NCBI RefSeq assembly: GCF_006345805.1
Contig: NC_043000.1
Coordinates: 10,230,001-10,294,000, forward strand
Length of the DNA stretch: 64,000 bases
Reading direction: 5' to 3'
Source: Octopus sinensis
Taxonomy: Eukaryota
Shown here: in pieces, positions 50,755-63,074 of the stretch
Position numbering within the stretch: position 1 is the first letter of the stretch
Layout of the letters: the number at the start of each line of letters is the position of its first letter
The notes under the pieces: model-generated
Told to the model about the DNA's origin: nothing
Seen by the model: the letters and a program-made list of their open reading frames with translations, nothing else
Database searches by the model: none
Program-made: the position numbers and the translations under genes

Positions 50755-51120
50755 ATAATGAAGTTGTCTGTGTATGGAAGGTTTGGTAGCCTTCAACTAA
50801 TACTATCTCCTCCGAGACCTTGCGACGCAAGCTGACCAAAATTGAGAGTATGATGGAAGAAGGCTTGCTCTTCCTTCCGTAAAAGAAAAAATTCAAATCA
50901 GACCATGTTAACACCAAAATTTATTTACATCAAAAAGGTGCTTTTTTTCTATGAAAATCCCTATTTTTTACGATGTTTTGACTGCTGTGTCGCCATTTTT
51001 CGGTGTATTTCAACCAGAAAAATGTTCACAAGCTACATAATGCAATTTTTTTTTACTTTTCAAACATTCCAGTTCTGAAGGGTCGAAACAAACCCGAGCA
51101 ACGCCGGGCGATACTGCTAG
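50755..51120 (+). mobile_element. Non-autonomous Helitron (subfamily 2), 5' end eroded
   Basis: Ends ACAAACCCGAGCAACGCCGGGCGATACTGCTAG|T; interior homologous to 19094-19385. Confidence 0.8.
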
Positions 51121-51528
51121 TAAGATATAAACACGTTCCCTCTATGTTTTCAACATACTGAAAATAGGGGAGTGAGAATCTCCTTACAGACAGTTTAACG
51201 AGTAGTTGTTCACGCCTCATGGAAGACGCAGCCAATCTCCTTCCTCAACGATAGCACCGAACGCTTGGCTACTATATATATAGCAGTCGACGACTAAGCT
51301 GTTATCGTGGTAGATAGCTTAAATAGCATGGTTTTGCTTTAGACTGTTAGTTCGTTATCGCAGATAAAAAGCCCAGGATGAACATATTCATATCTTTCAT
51401 AGATACGGGCATTAATGAGAAATCTTTTTAGCACGAAGGGCCAAAATTTTAATTTCTGTAATAATTCTGTTATTGAATTGTTATTTACACAAATATATGT
51501 ATTTTAACTTTAGGAAAATGTTTAAAGG

Positions 51529-51967
51529 TAGGCATAGGAGTGGCTGTGTGGTAAGTAGCTTGCTTACAACCACATGGTTCTGGGTTCAGTCCCACTGCGT
51601 GGAGCTTGGGCAAGTGTCTTCTATTATAGCCTTGAACCGACCAAAGCCTTGTGAGTGGATTTGGTAGACGGAAACCGAAAGAAGCCCGTCTTATGTATGT
51701 ATGTATGTATGTATCTATGTATGTATATATATATATATATATTTGAGTGTGTGTGTGTATGTGCGTGTGTATGTGTTTGTCCCTCCAATATCGCTTGACA
51801 ACCGATGCTGATGTGTTTACGTCCCCGTAACTTGGCGATTCCGCAATAGAGACAGATAGAATAAGTACTAGGCTTACAAAGAATAAGTCCTGGTGTCTAT
51901 TTGCTCGACTAAAGGCGTTGCTCCAGCATGGCCACAGTCAAAATGGCTGAAACAAGTAAAAGAGTAA
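51529..51967 (+). mobile_element. Family-A SINE
   Basis: Full structure; flanked by TAAAGGTA. Confidence 0.88.
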
Positions 51968-52221
51968 AGGTATTTTTTATAACATAATTTTACAGGAATA
52001 TCTTTTTTTTCAAAGTCCAAATGTCACCTCAAACCAGTGGTTTCTCACTGCTGACATAGATGCTATAACGCTTGCAATAAATGGACTAATGTGATGAATA
52101 AGAGATAAAGCTTCTCCGATTGTAATATCACTACTGAGTAAATGGGCGGGAAAATTAAACTATTACCAAGAATTAGAATGCATGTATTTGAGAATATTAT
52201 TATAATACTAAGCATGTTTGT

Positions 52222-52712
52222 ATGCCCTATGAGGGTAGTCGATCAGCCAAGGCTGGAGGTGTTCGACAATGACTGTCTCTGCCGCATTCTTTGCTGTCGA
52301 CGCATTGATCGGGTTCCTACAGAGGGACTTCGTCATCGCTTGAATCTCCAGCCCCTCCCTTCGGTGCTTCTACAACGGCGCTTAAGGTGGTTCGGTCATG
52401 CGGCCCGGCGTCCAGAGGGTGAGCTGATTCGCGATGTCCTCCTCCCACCTCCACTTCCCAACTGGTGCAAACGCACGGGTGCGCAGCTGAAGACCTGGAC
52501 AACGACGATAAAGGAGGACCTCTCCGAACTCTCGGGTCTGCAGGTGGTTGATCTGCGCAGATGGAACCGCGAATGGCTCGCTATCTCCAGTGACCTCGCA
52601 CAGGACCGTCGAGCGTGGGCCGCCATGGTTCGTGATGCCGCCAGGACCAGAGAAGAAGCCGGCTCAACCCGCCCTGAGAGAACGCCGTCACAAGTACAAG
52701 TACAAAGTAAGT
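52222..52712 (+). pseudogene. RTE-clade LINE 3' end (5'-truncated, open frame)
   Basis: LEVFDNDCLCRIL..LLQRRLRWFGHAARRPEGELIRD..KTWTTTIKEDL..DRRAWAAMVRD; tail (CAAGTA)n. Confidence 0.9.
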
Positions 52713-52975
52713 CTTCTTGACTTGTTTTGAGACAGCATTCATCCAGGGTTGGTTGAGCTGGCTTCATTCATCCTCAATGCTGCATCTTTCACAAACGCCG
52801 ACCAAACCTGGCGATTTGAGGCTAACGACCGCGTGATCACCAACCACTCATTCCAACGGCGAACGCCGTAGATATAGGGGCTTAGGTTGGGTTCCAGATC
52901 AGCCTTGACCGTCATCAACCAGGTTTTTCGTTGTCCACCACATCGCTTTCGCCAACCCTGAAGGGGAGCTGGGGC
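52712..52975 (-). pseudogene. Second, related RTE 3' end in opposite orientation
   Basis: Minus strand GWRKRCGGQRKTWLMTVKADLEP..GVRRWNEWL..NRQVWSAFVKDA..EASSTNPG*; tail CAAGTCAAG. Confidence 0.82.
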
Positions 52976-53831
52976 AACTGCTTCGTAGATGCATGTTTGT
53001 ATGTATGTCTCGTTTTTAATTCTTTTACTTATTCAATTGTGAGCCTTGCTTGTAACAATGACAACAAATTCGATCATTGTAATTCAGATAACGACAAAAA
53101 TATAGAATTTTATCTTGAAATAGAGAAAGGTCTTGCATATTTTCATTTTTACTTTTACGTATTGATTTTACAGCAGACAAGTTAGATGATCTTTTTCTTT
53201 GTCTGAAACCCAGACTGTTGTTTTAATACTAAGTATCATAAACAAGTATACCAGCGACTGACTATACATACGAATGTAATATATAATCTGAAACGAGTTG
53301 CAGATTTCCAAACAGATGACTATAAAATTTCTCTTCTTGCTAAATTTGAAACGCTTACATCCATTCGAGCAGCTAACCCCCATATTATTATTTAGTTTAT
53401 GTGTTCTGTCGTAGACATCTAAGTCTGTTGGGTGAACGTTTTAATAGGAACGTTCCACTATTTCTTGTGTGGGATGTATGTATATGCCATAATATATATA
53501 TATATATATATGCAACTATGTTTGTATGTATGTATGTATGTATGAATGCATCAATATACACGTATGTGAGTGTCTGTGTGTGTGTGTGGTGTGTGTGTGT
53601 GTGTGTGTGTGTGTGAATACATATAAACATTTCTATACACACCCCTACATGTATGAATGTAAGTATGTACGTCTATTTCTTTTAGTTATTGGAATTCAGG
53701 TTTTTAACAAAGAAACAAAAGTCTTTTTGCTGGAAATTGGGTGGCAACAAACATAAGAATTATGTTAAACTTTAGAAAAGTCTTGCATATTTTTACTGTT
53801 CTCCTTATAGATTGTGTTTGCAAAATGCATG

Positions 53832-54208
53832 TTAGCTGGTTTATGTGCATCTCTGATCACGAGCAGAAGTAGTGGGGGAGCATCATAGCCGTGTATTGAA
53901 AGGAATTCTTTGAGGTTTGGATAATTCACCTTTGGAAACATGAGTGGTTCGTTCAACATCCTTAAACAACCCTTGTTCAGGGACCTTTTGAGCGGGATGA
54001 GCTACTCGACCAGAAGAAAATTCTAACTGGACCCCACCTGCAAGGTCATGCGCTGTTTATCTTGATATGAGATCACCATGTCGCACACATATGGTTGTGA
54101 TGCATGTGCCTGGTGCACCCTTATCAGACGTGTAGTCATGTTGGGTATACTGGGGTTCGTATATTTTACCCCAGTGTCATTTTGATGGCAAGCACTGCTC
54201 TCTCACTC

Positions 54209-54255
<47 letters not shown>

Positions 54256-54345
54256 CAACAACAACAACAACAGCAACAGCAGCAACAACAACAACAGCAA
54301 CAACAATAATAATAATAATAATAATAATAATAAAGATAAAAATAA
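53832..54345 (+). mobile_element. Family F, 5'-truncated, with (AAT/AAC)n tail
   Basis: Matches the 3' ~375 bp of 43204-43757. Confidence 0.85.
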
Positions 54346-54461
54346 TGATAACAATATTAATAAGGTTAGTTGCCTAAAGCGTTAACAAGCGTGTACAGTG
54401 GCATTTCTTCCTCTCAAAAGCTGCCGGCCCTGTGCCAAAATTTGAAACCATTAATATTAAA

Positions 54462-54880
54462 AAGGCTAACTGGCAGAACTGTTACCGCGCCAGGAAAAAA
54501 GCTTAACGGCGAGCTGGCAGAAATACTTAGCGGTATTTCGTCAGCCGTTACGTTCTGAGTTCAATTCCGCCGAGGTCGACTTTGCCTTTCATCCTTTCGG
54601 GGTCGATAAATTAAGTACCAGTTACGCACTGGGGTCGACGTAATCGACTTAATCCCTTTGTCTGTCCTTGTTTGTCCCCTCTGTGTTTAGCCCTTGTGAG
54701 TAGTAAAGAAATAGGTATTTCTACCGACTTTATGCGCTAAGTTCAAAATCTGTCGTGGTTGTCTATGCCTTTCATCCTTTCAGAATTCATAAAACAAGTA
54801 CCAGTTGAACTCTGGGGTCGATTTAATCAACTTGCCGCCTCGTCAAATACTTCAGGCCTTTTACCTATAGGAGAAAGGAT
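54462..54880 (+). mobile_element. Young family-B SINE inserted in an old B-related SINE
   Basis: Old head ..AAAAGCTTAAC, young copy, then the old element resumes at GGTATTTCTACC. Confidence 0.75.
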
Positions 54881-55389
54881 CATTGTCGTTATTCTCAGCT
54901 TACTTCCAATCCCTCAAAATTGCTTTTGAGTCTGAACGTCGACAGTCTTAAATCTTAGAACCATTTACCTTCCAGTCAGTTCATGATGAATGCGTAAATG
55001 ACTTGTATTAACCAAGCGCTAATACATCAAAGTGCGAATTAATGTTTGAAAAATCAGCTGAAGAAAACTGATATCAGCGGAGTGAATTGTAGGTGCTAAC
55101 GTAGATATACCTAAGACAAAAACAGAGCAAATGACACATATACAGTGTGAGTATTGCATTGCGTAAACATTGACAGTGTAGGAGGGATGCCAATTCGAGG
55201 TGTTTGAAATAAAACGGCTAATGGTGTCAGCTAACATACCTAGAGACTACACAAACCGGTTAGAACCACTTCTTGCTGTCAGCTTTTGATTTCATTCAGC
55301 TTACTCTTAAATACACGGAAACATATACATACACGAGACGAGTTAGTGGGTGGATATTCAGTAAGGCGGATTACATAGGAGTACGTATA

Positions 55390-55459
55390 TACACACACTC
55401 GCTCATATATGTGTGTACATATGCATAGTTGTATGTATGTATGTATGTATGTATGTATG

Positions 55460-55535
<76 letters not shown>

Positions 55536-56023
55536 CATATTACATATATACATATATATGTACATATACATATGTACATATATATATTATACATATATAT
55601 ATATATATATTTATACATATATACATATATATATTTATACATATTACATATATACATATATATGTACATATACATATGTACATATATATATATATTATAT
55701 ATATATACATATATATAAGCATGAGTTTATATAAATATGAACGCATATATACACATATATGTACATATCTTTATGTGTATGTGGATATGTATATACATGT
55801 ATACACATGTATGGTACATGAACATACACACACATATATATATATAAATATATATGTGTGTGTGTGCGTGTGTGTGTGTGTATGTATGTATGTAAGCTGA
55901 GTGAATCAAACAAACAATTCGAGGCATACATAAATACATGCGCCTGTGTATGTGTGTGCGTGTACGCACACGCACGCATGCCCACAACATACACACAAAT
56001 ACATAAGTACATATATATATATA

Positions 56024-56068
<45 letters not shown>

Positions 56069-56100
56069 ATGTGTATGTACACACACACACACACACACAA
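55390..56100. repeat. Compound (TATG)n/(TA)n/(TACA)n/(TG)n field
   Basis: Direct sequence. Confidence 0.93.
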
Positions 56101-56695
56101 ATTCTCTGAGATACATTGAAAATTCTGGTTTCAGCTGTTTCAAGTGCTACCTTTGTCGCGCATTAGTTGACCGAAATTTCTGTAAAAATGTTTTTATCCC
56201 AATAGTTGATAGTTTTGTGCGTGTGTAAGGACGTGTATATTCACACGCGTACACTCTTTTTGTGTGTGTGTGCGCAAATTTTGCGTATCCGTTACAAAGA
56301 ATATAAACGTTCTGTTGTTACAAATCCGGCATTTAAGCAGAATTAGCATGGCACTCAGTTGGCCATTGTCTATCTGCCAGGCAACGCCGGGTATTAGTTT
56401 GTGCATGCGTGTATATGTGTGCATGTGAGTGTGCATGTGCTTGCGTGTATGTGAGGAGAGAAAGGAAAAGAAAGCAAAAGGAGAAAGGAGGAAACTATGA
56501 GTAGCGACTCATGCGTACTCAGAGTTTTACAATATATGTGTATATGTGTGTGTGTGTGTCTATTCGTCGTAGTGTTAGTTTAAAATAGCAATTTATAGAC
56601 CATACTCAAAGTAGATACATCTTTGAAAGCCTGGTAAACTGTGGTATTCGATCCGAAATAGCATCTCGTTTAACGCTCGTGAAGAATGGAAATGT

Positions 56696-56731
56696 CTTTT
56701 ACGTTTCGAGCCTAGGCTCATCGACAGAAAG
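56696..56731 (-). ncRNA. Minimal hammerhead motif (one core mismatch)
   Basis: CTTT CTGTCGA T GAGCC ta GGCTC GAAAC GT A AAAG. Confidence 0.6.
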
Positions 56732-58539
56732 GATTAAGAGCGGAAAAAATGGAGAGAGAAAAATGTGCAGAATTCAATGGTCAACATGGCAAGATATATA
56801 TGTATATGTATATATCTATGTATGAGTTTCTGTATTTGTCCCCACCTCCACCTATTGACAACTGGTGCTGGTATGTTTGTGTCCCTGTCAGATAGTGGTT
56901 CGGCGAAAGAGATCGATAGAATAAGTACCAAGCTTGAAAAACAGTAGTGGGGTCGATACATTCAACGATAAAGTTATTGTTGAATATATCGATAAAAATA
57001 AAAGTTATATGCATGTGTGTGTGTGTGTGTGTGTGTGCACTAATGCATACATACATACGTATATATGTATACAAACGCACATACCTAAAGTGAATCAGTG
57101 GGTGAGAGTAGAGGCCATGGGGATATGACATTCGGGGGAGTAACCAATGATCATCGAGTGCTTTCACCGTCCCTTGTAGTTTCAACAATGTCAGTGCATA
57201 TGGAAGATCAGCTCAGCTTCACATCTTGCACACGTAATAACGGATACATATAATATGCTTTGGGTATATAGCAATGTCACAGCTGCATTTTACATCAATG
57301 ACATCGATTTTATTACCCTTGAGTTCATTGATCCTTTTGAAGCACTTAAACCGCAGAAAAACTATTTCTTCGATCGAGGAGAAAATGCTCAAGGTCGTTA
57401 TGTACATTGAATGGTCCTTCATTATTATCCCAGCATGGCATTTTTGTACTGAACTCTTCGGACATGGCATGGCATTTTTGTACTGAACTCTTCGGACATG
57501 ACAACATATAGACCATAAACTATAAATGTTTATTGACAGCATTTATATACGCTCAGTATGCCATTTTTAAATTCCTTTAACTCGATAGGATGCAGTCACG
57601 TACGCTTGAAGCATTGAATTCAGTTTGTAAATTATATTCTACAGGTTCCTACAAATTACATTGAAAACCTATGGAGCTCACCAAGGTTTGTTCGTTCTAT
57701 AACTGATTAAATTGACACGTTATAAATTTGCTCGCGATCCACTATAAAATATCATCGCAGAAATGCGGTTATTATAGTTTTGTGCATTTAAAAAAAAACT
57801 CGAGAAAATTTTAAACATTTTCATTCTTTATATATAATACAACTACGGTAGCAATTGAATAATATTCTTAAGGTCGCAATTTACTCACACGCAGCATCTT
57901 ACAAAGCTTGTCGCTAATTCAGTTCTTAACCAAATTGAAACATGTTAACATATTTGGAGAGGACTGGTCCCTAGCTACATTTTGGCATTAAAATAATTGT
58001 GATTTGACCCAGTAGAAAAAAGGTTATATCAAAATTTGTTGCAACGTTATAGTGGAATAAGTAACGCCCCCAGTCAAGTTTAGATCTAAATAACTTTTTT
58101 TTTTAAAAAAGCAACATATATTTATCTTAGCTTTAATGACAGAAGAAAGCCCGAGGAATTTCATTGTTTTGGTCCCATGCAACAAAAATTTGCATAAGAA
58201 GAGTTGTGAGGTAAAATATCATGAAAAAATATAAGTAAAGCAAAAAATTGGATTTAAGTATAATTAACTTTTTTATTTTAAAATCAAACTATATTTTAAT
58301 TAAGCTTAAATCATAGAGCTCAATTCGAGGAATTTCATGGTATCAATCTCATACAATGAAGTTTTAAAAGAAAAAAGTTATGAGTGTTTGTTTCTCAAAT
58401 TTGAGGGTGATAATATAGTTTTATACTTTTTTATGAATATCATTCTATACGGGGACTTTTAATATATATCACCGACATTGAGGTAAGGAAAAAGTTGTCA
58501 ACGACACTGCTAATTGACACATTATTAATTAGCATAATA

Positions 58540-59895
58540 GCATAGCCTGGAAAAAACATGAATTACGTGGGAAAATGCGAGCAAGAGAAATAATGTTCTT
58601 AGAATTTTAATCTCTGCATTCAATAAAACAGTGGCCCACAATGTGTTTGCAGTGCCAGTTCTCATACCAACATTTGGCTGCTTCATTGGACGCTTGATGA
58701 GATCCGAGCCATTAATGTGAAAACCCGAAAAATACTAACAATCATACATAATTTCCACATAAACAGTGACGTAGACCGCCTCTACCTAAAACGTAGACAA
58801 GGCGGCAAAAGCTTAACATCGATCCAAAATGCCTTTAAATGTCACATCATATCCCGTCGGCAACATCTTTTAACCACCAAGCGCCGAAGTGTATCCCTTG
58901 ACCAAGTTTGCATACATGAGGTTAATTACATCATAAGACTTGGAAGGCAGCTCCTTAAGCAACACTCTTTGTTTGATAAGCTAGAATACATGCCCAAAGA
59001 AGTCGCACGACTGTACCGTAACGTATTATCAGATGAAAGGATGAGCCTATATGAGCAGAAGACCATGCATGGATATGATAGTAGAAAGCTCCTTGATGAT
59101 AGTAACAACGATCATCAAAGCAGTTTATCATGGACGAATAGCCGGATTACTACCTCCCGCTTTGAAGGGTATGCGTTTGCAATCCAGGAACAGGAAATAT
59201 CAACCAATGGATAAAAGGGATAAAGATGCGGGAAAAGCCGTAAAATGTGACAACCGGTGCAAACATTGTGGAGTTCACACTGAAGATATCTCCCACATCA
59301 TAAGCAGTTATACGAAAATGGCATCACGGTATTATCTACCGATGAGACATGACATTGTAGCTAGGACACTCTATAATGAAATCCGTCGGAAGGATAATCT
59401 CGAGGACAAAGAAATAAAAACCCACAACATGGTAGAAAACATACCCACTCATAATGAAAAGTACCAGTGAAGACCTCAATAAAATGTAAGCGCAACAGAC
59501 CTGTGCACAGTATGGAAATTAGCTGCCCAGCGGATGTTAACATAAAGCTGAAGATCAATGAAAAAGAGAACACCTATGCTGAACTACTGAGAAATCTGCA
59601 GTTATTCTATCCAGATTACAAGTTCAGGTTCATGCCTGTAATTATTGGAGCTTTGAGATATGTAACACACTGCCTAGATACCAATCTTGAGAAATTAGGC
59701 TTCTCAAAACCAGAAAGGAGAAAGCTAATTCGAAGACTACAGATCCAACCCATCACTGGAACTGTAAAAATCTATAAAACTTTCCAGAAGTTTATCATTT
59801 AAATATATATGAGTGTGTCTAGATATGTAACTATATGCATGAGAAGACATACATACACACATACATACACACACATACATACATACATACATACA

Positions 59896-59931
<36 letters not shown>

Positions 59932-60110
59932 TATATATTAAGTTCGTTTACGGGAAACGTTTTTGAGTACGGGTTTAAAAGCTCCTATTTCATTATGCCG
60001 GGGATACTACATAACTTCCAACACCAGTTTTATGGGGCTGTGCCGAGCTGAGCGATACAACGTAAAATAAATATTCTAATGATAATAATATTAATAATAA
60101 TAATACATGA
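58540..60110 (+). mobile_element. 5'-truncated R4/Dong-like non-LTR retrotransposon (RT C-terminus, zinc knuckle, RLE, 3' UTR)
   Basis: SAFNKTVAHNVFAVPVL, SDVDRLYLKRRQGGK, SRFEGYAFAIQEQEIST, DNRCKHCGVHTEDISHIISS, RHDIVARTLY, EISCP..KENTYAELL..PVIIGAL; ends in (TAA)-rich sequence. Confidence 0.9.
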
Positions 60111-60185
60111 ATGGAATTTATAAAATATTTTAAAATTCCATCCATGGATTACTATTGTAATTACTATATTGTTATTACTATGTTA

Positions 60186-60391
60186 CGGCTTTTTTTCAAT
60201 AAATTTTATTCAACAGAAACAATAACAATATTTAACAAAAACATCTTTAAATGACGGTCTGACCGTCTGTCAAGTAAATGGGACGCAGTAATTGAAGTAG
60301 ATGGGGAATATGCTCTGGAATAATCATTTAAAGATGTTTTTGTTACATGCTGTTATTGTTTTTGTTGAACAAAATTTGTTGAAAAAAGCCG
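60186..60391. mobile_element. Small foldback/MITE with ~70-bp inverted arms
   Basis: CGGCTTTTTTTCAATAAATTTTATTCAAC..CATCTTTAAATGA versus TCATTTAAAGATG..GTTGAACAAAATTTGTTGAAAAAAGCCG. Confidence 0.75.
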
Positions 60392-61019
60392 CAATAATTA
60401 TGCACCAACCCAATACACACACACACAGATAGAATAAGTAGCAAACTTCAAATAAATTCTGGCGTAGATTCGTTCAACTAAGAAATCGTCAAGGCGTTGC
60501 TCCAGCATATCGTCAGTCCAATAACTGAAACAAGTAAAAGATAAAAGGTAACTCAATGTAGTCAACTGACTTTTGTAAAACAAGAAAATATAAACACATT
60601 CTCAAAGGATATTATGTACACTTCACTTATTATTGATATCGCATAACCAACTTGTTATCATTCACTGTTGTATTTTCAAAGTTATATTTCTTAACCTGCA
60701 CATTTATGATTGATGTTGTAAACTAAGATCTGTCGCATTCTTTGTTTGAATTCTGTCATATTTCAAACCCTATACGGACGAACTTTGTCTGTTTAATTAA
60801 TATTGAATTAATGTACCAACAAGACCGGAAGATGTCTATTTTCTGTTGGCATATAGGAAATAAAGGAAAACTGATATATAATTTATATTTGGTGCTGTCA
60901 TCTCCCACCATTTCTTTAATTTCCTAAAGCTCCAATACTTTCAATTTCCAACACACACGCATACACACAAATGCACTCAATTATGTATAAACAAATGCAC
61001 TCAATTATATATATATACA

Positions 61020-61085
61020 CTCATATATGTGTATGTGCATGTATGTGGGTATGTATATATATATATATTTGTGTGTGTGCGTGTT

Positions 61086-61159
<74 letters not shown>

Positions 61160-61520
61160 TACAGAGAGAGATAAGTATATTGGTAGATAGATAAAATATA
61201 GAAATATATATTGTGTGTGTGTGTGTGTTTGTGTGTATGTATGCATGTATGTATGTAAACATTTGTACATATATCTGTATGTATAGTAGTGTAGATGATG
61301 ATAGTGGTTGTAGCCGTGATTGTAGTTGTATTAGTAGTGATGATGATGGTGGTACGAGTGATGCTAGTGATAGTAGTAGTAGTAATATATGTGTCACCAT
61401 TATGCACGCGTGCATACGTCTGTGAGTGTTTATACGTGTATTTGTCCATTTATACGTGTGTATGCATATTTATGCCTGTATGTATGTTCGTGCTTATATG
61501 GATGGATGGATGGATGGATG
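61020..61520. repeat. (TAGA)n, (TG)n, (TAG/GAT)n and (GATG)n arrays
   Basis: Direct sequence. Confidence 0.9.
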
Positions 61521-61698
61521 GATCAATCGATCGATCGAAGCACACAGTTACAAAACAGTGGACTGAATGTTCATCTGAGAAGTCATGAACGGAAAGTCAA
61601 AAATTCTATTGACAAGAAAGCAGAGGGACGGTAATCATATGTGAAGATAGAACAATCATCACGTATGTGCACATGTACATACGTTAATAATAATAATA

Positions 61699-61750
<52 letters not shown>

Positions 61751-61758
61751 TAATAATA

Positions 61759-62293
61759 GCCCTGATGCAGTACCATCTTAACTGATTGGAAGTGTTATCA
61801 TGTACATTGTTTTGTCTTAGTATAGAAGATGGGCTACAGCAAATATTCTGCTCAATACCACAGATTTGCTTGTCAGTTGCTTGACCTTAACCAGTTGACC
61901 ATGTCCCTCAGTGGCTGACGATATGTGCATCTCTGATCATGAACAGAAGTAGTGGGGGAGCATCACAGCCATGTGTTGAGAGGGATTCTTTGGGGTTTGA
62001 ATAATTCACCTCAGGAAACATGGGTGTTTCGTTCAACATCCTTAAACAACCCTTATTCAGGGACCTTGTGAGCGGGATGGGCTACTCGACCAGAAAAAAT
62101 ATCTAACTGGGCCCCACCTGCAAAGTCATGTGCTGTTTATCTTGATATGAGATCACCATGTCGCGCACATATGGTTGTGATGCATGTGCCTAGTGTGCCC
62201 TTGTCGGACGGGTGGTCACGATAGGTATGCTGGGTTTGTATATTTTACCCCAGTGTCATTTTGATAGCATGCACTGCTCTCTCACTCAATAAG

Positions 62294-62325
<32 letters not shown>

Positions 62326-62330
62326 CAACA
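61759..62330 (+). mobile_element. Family F, near full length, embedded in (TAA)n on both sides
   Basis: (TAA)n 61685-61758, GCCCTGATGCAGTACC...CTCACTC, then (AAT)n. Confidence 0.87.
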
Positions 62331-63034
62331 ACAACTACGATGATGATGATGATGATTTCTTTTATTTGCCACAGGGACATCGGATGAGCGGGGCATTAAA
62401 AGGATTTTCAAGTGGCTGGAAGAATTTTAAACAGATCCCTTCAACCGAATTTCACTCACAAACAAGATTAATTTGGGCCGATCTGAGACTAGAGTAGGGA
62501 AAAAAATCGCCTTACTAGATACTGCGTAGTTGAGTGCGATTAAACCCGAAACCACGTAGCTACGAAACAAAACTCTTAAACCTCACAGTCAAGCCTGCGC
62601 CATTTTGATAATTTGGTAACATCGTTATAACTTTTTTAACTGAGAAATATATATCGTGTGTGCCACACATCCTTTACGAGTATTTCTTTAATTTATGAGA
62701 TATGTCAGTAAAATTGTAATGTGAATTACAATTAATATAGCAGTAATTCAGGAGTGTCTGCTCTCATAACTGTCACAATTCAGGGATAAAAATCTTTTAT
62801 CTACATTTGTATGACAGGAGGAGAAACTCTTTGGATTCCGTTTGTTGTTGGCGGTGTTGTTATTGCTGTTGTTGTTGTTGCTGCTGTTGTTATTGTTGTT
62901 GTTTTTATCTCTTGCAAATAATCTAGTCATTATTTTATTGTTCCCAGTGTTTTGATCTGATGCGGAGTGGCTCGTTAATTATCATCATTATCAGTATAAT
63001 ATCATCGTCATCGTCATCATCATCATCATCAACA

Positions 63035-63074
<40 letters not shown>

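Noticed and set aside
52142-52720. 192-aa open frame as a host gene
   Set aside because: It is the C-terminus of an RTE ORF with fortuitous upstream in-frame sequence.
55235-55320. Possible minus-strand exon bounded by AG and GTATGT
   Set aside because: Stops in all three frames and a weak acceptor.
56370-56400. CCAGGCAACGCCGGGTATTAGT resembling the Helitron 3' end
   Set aside because: The CTAG terminus is not intact and no matching 5' TC end was found.
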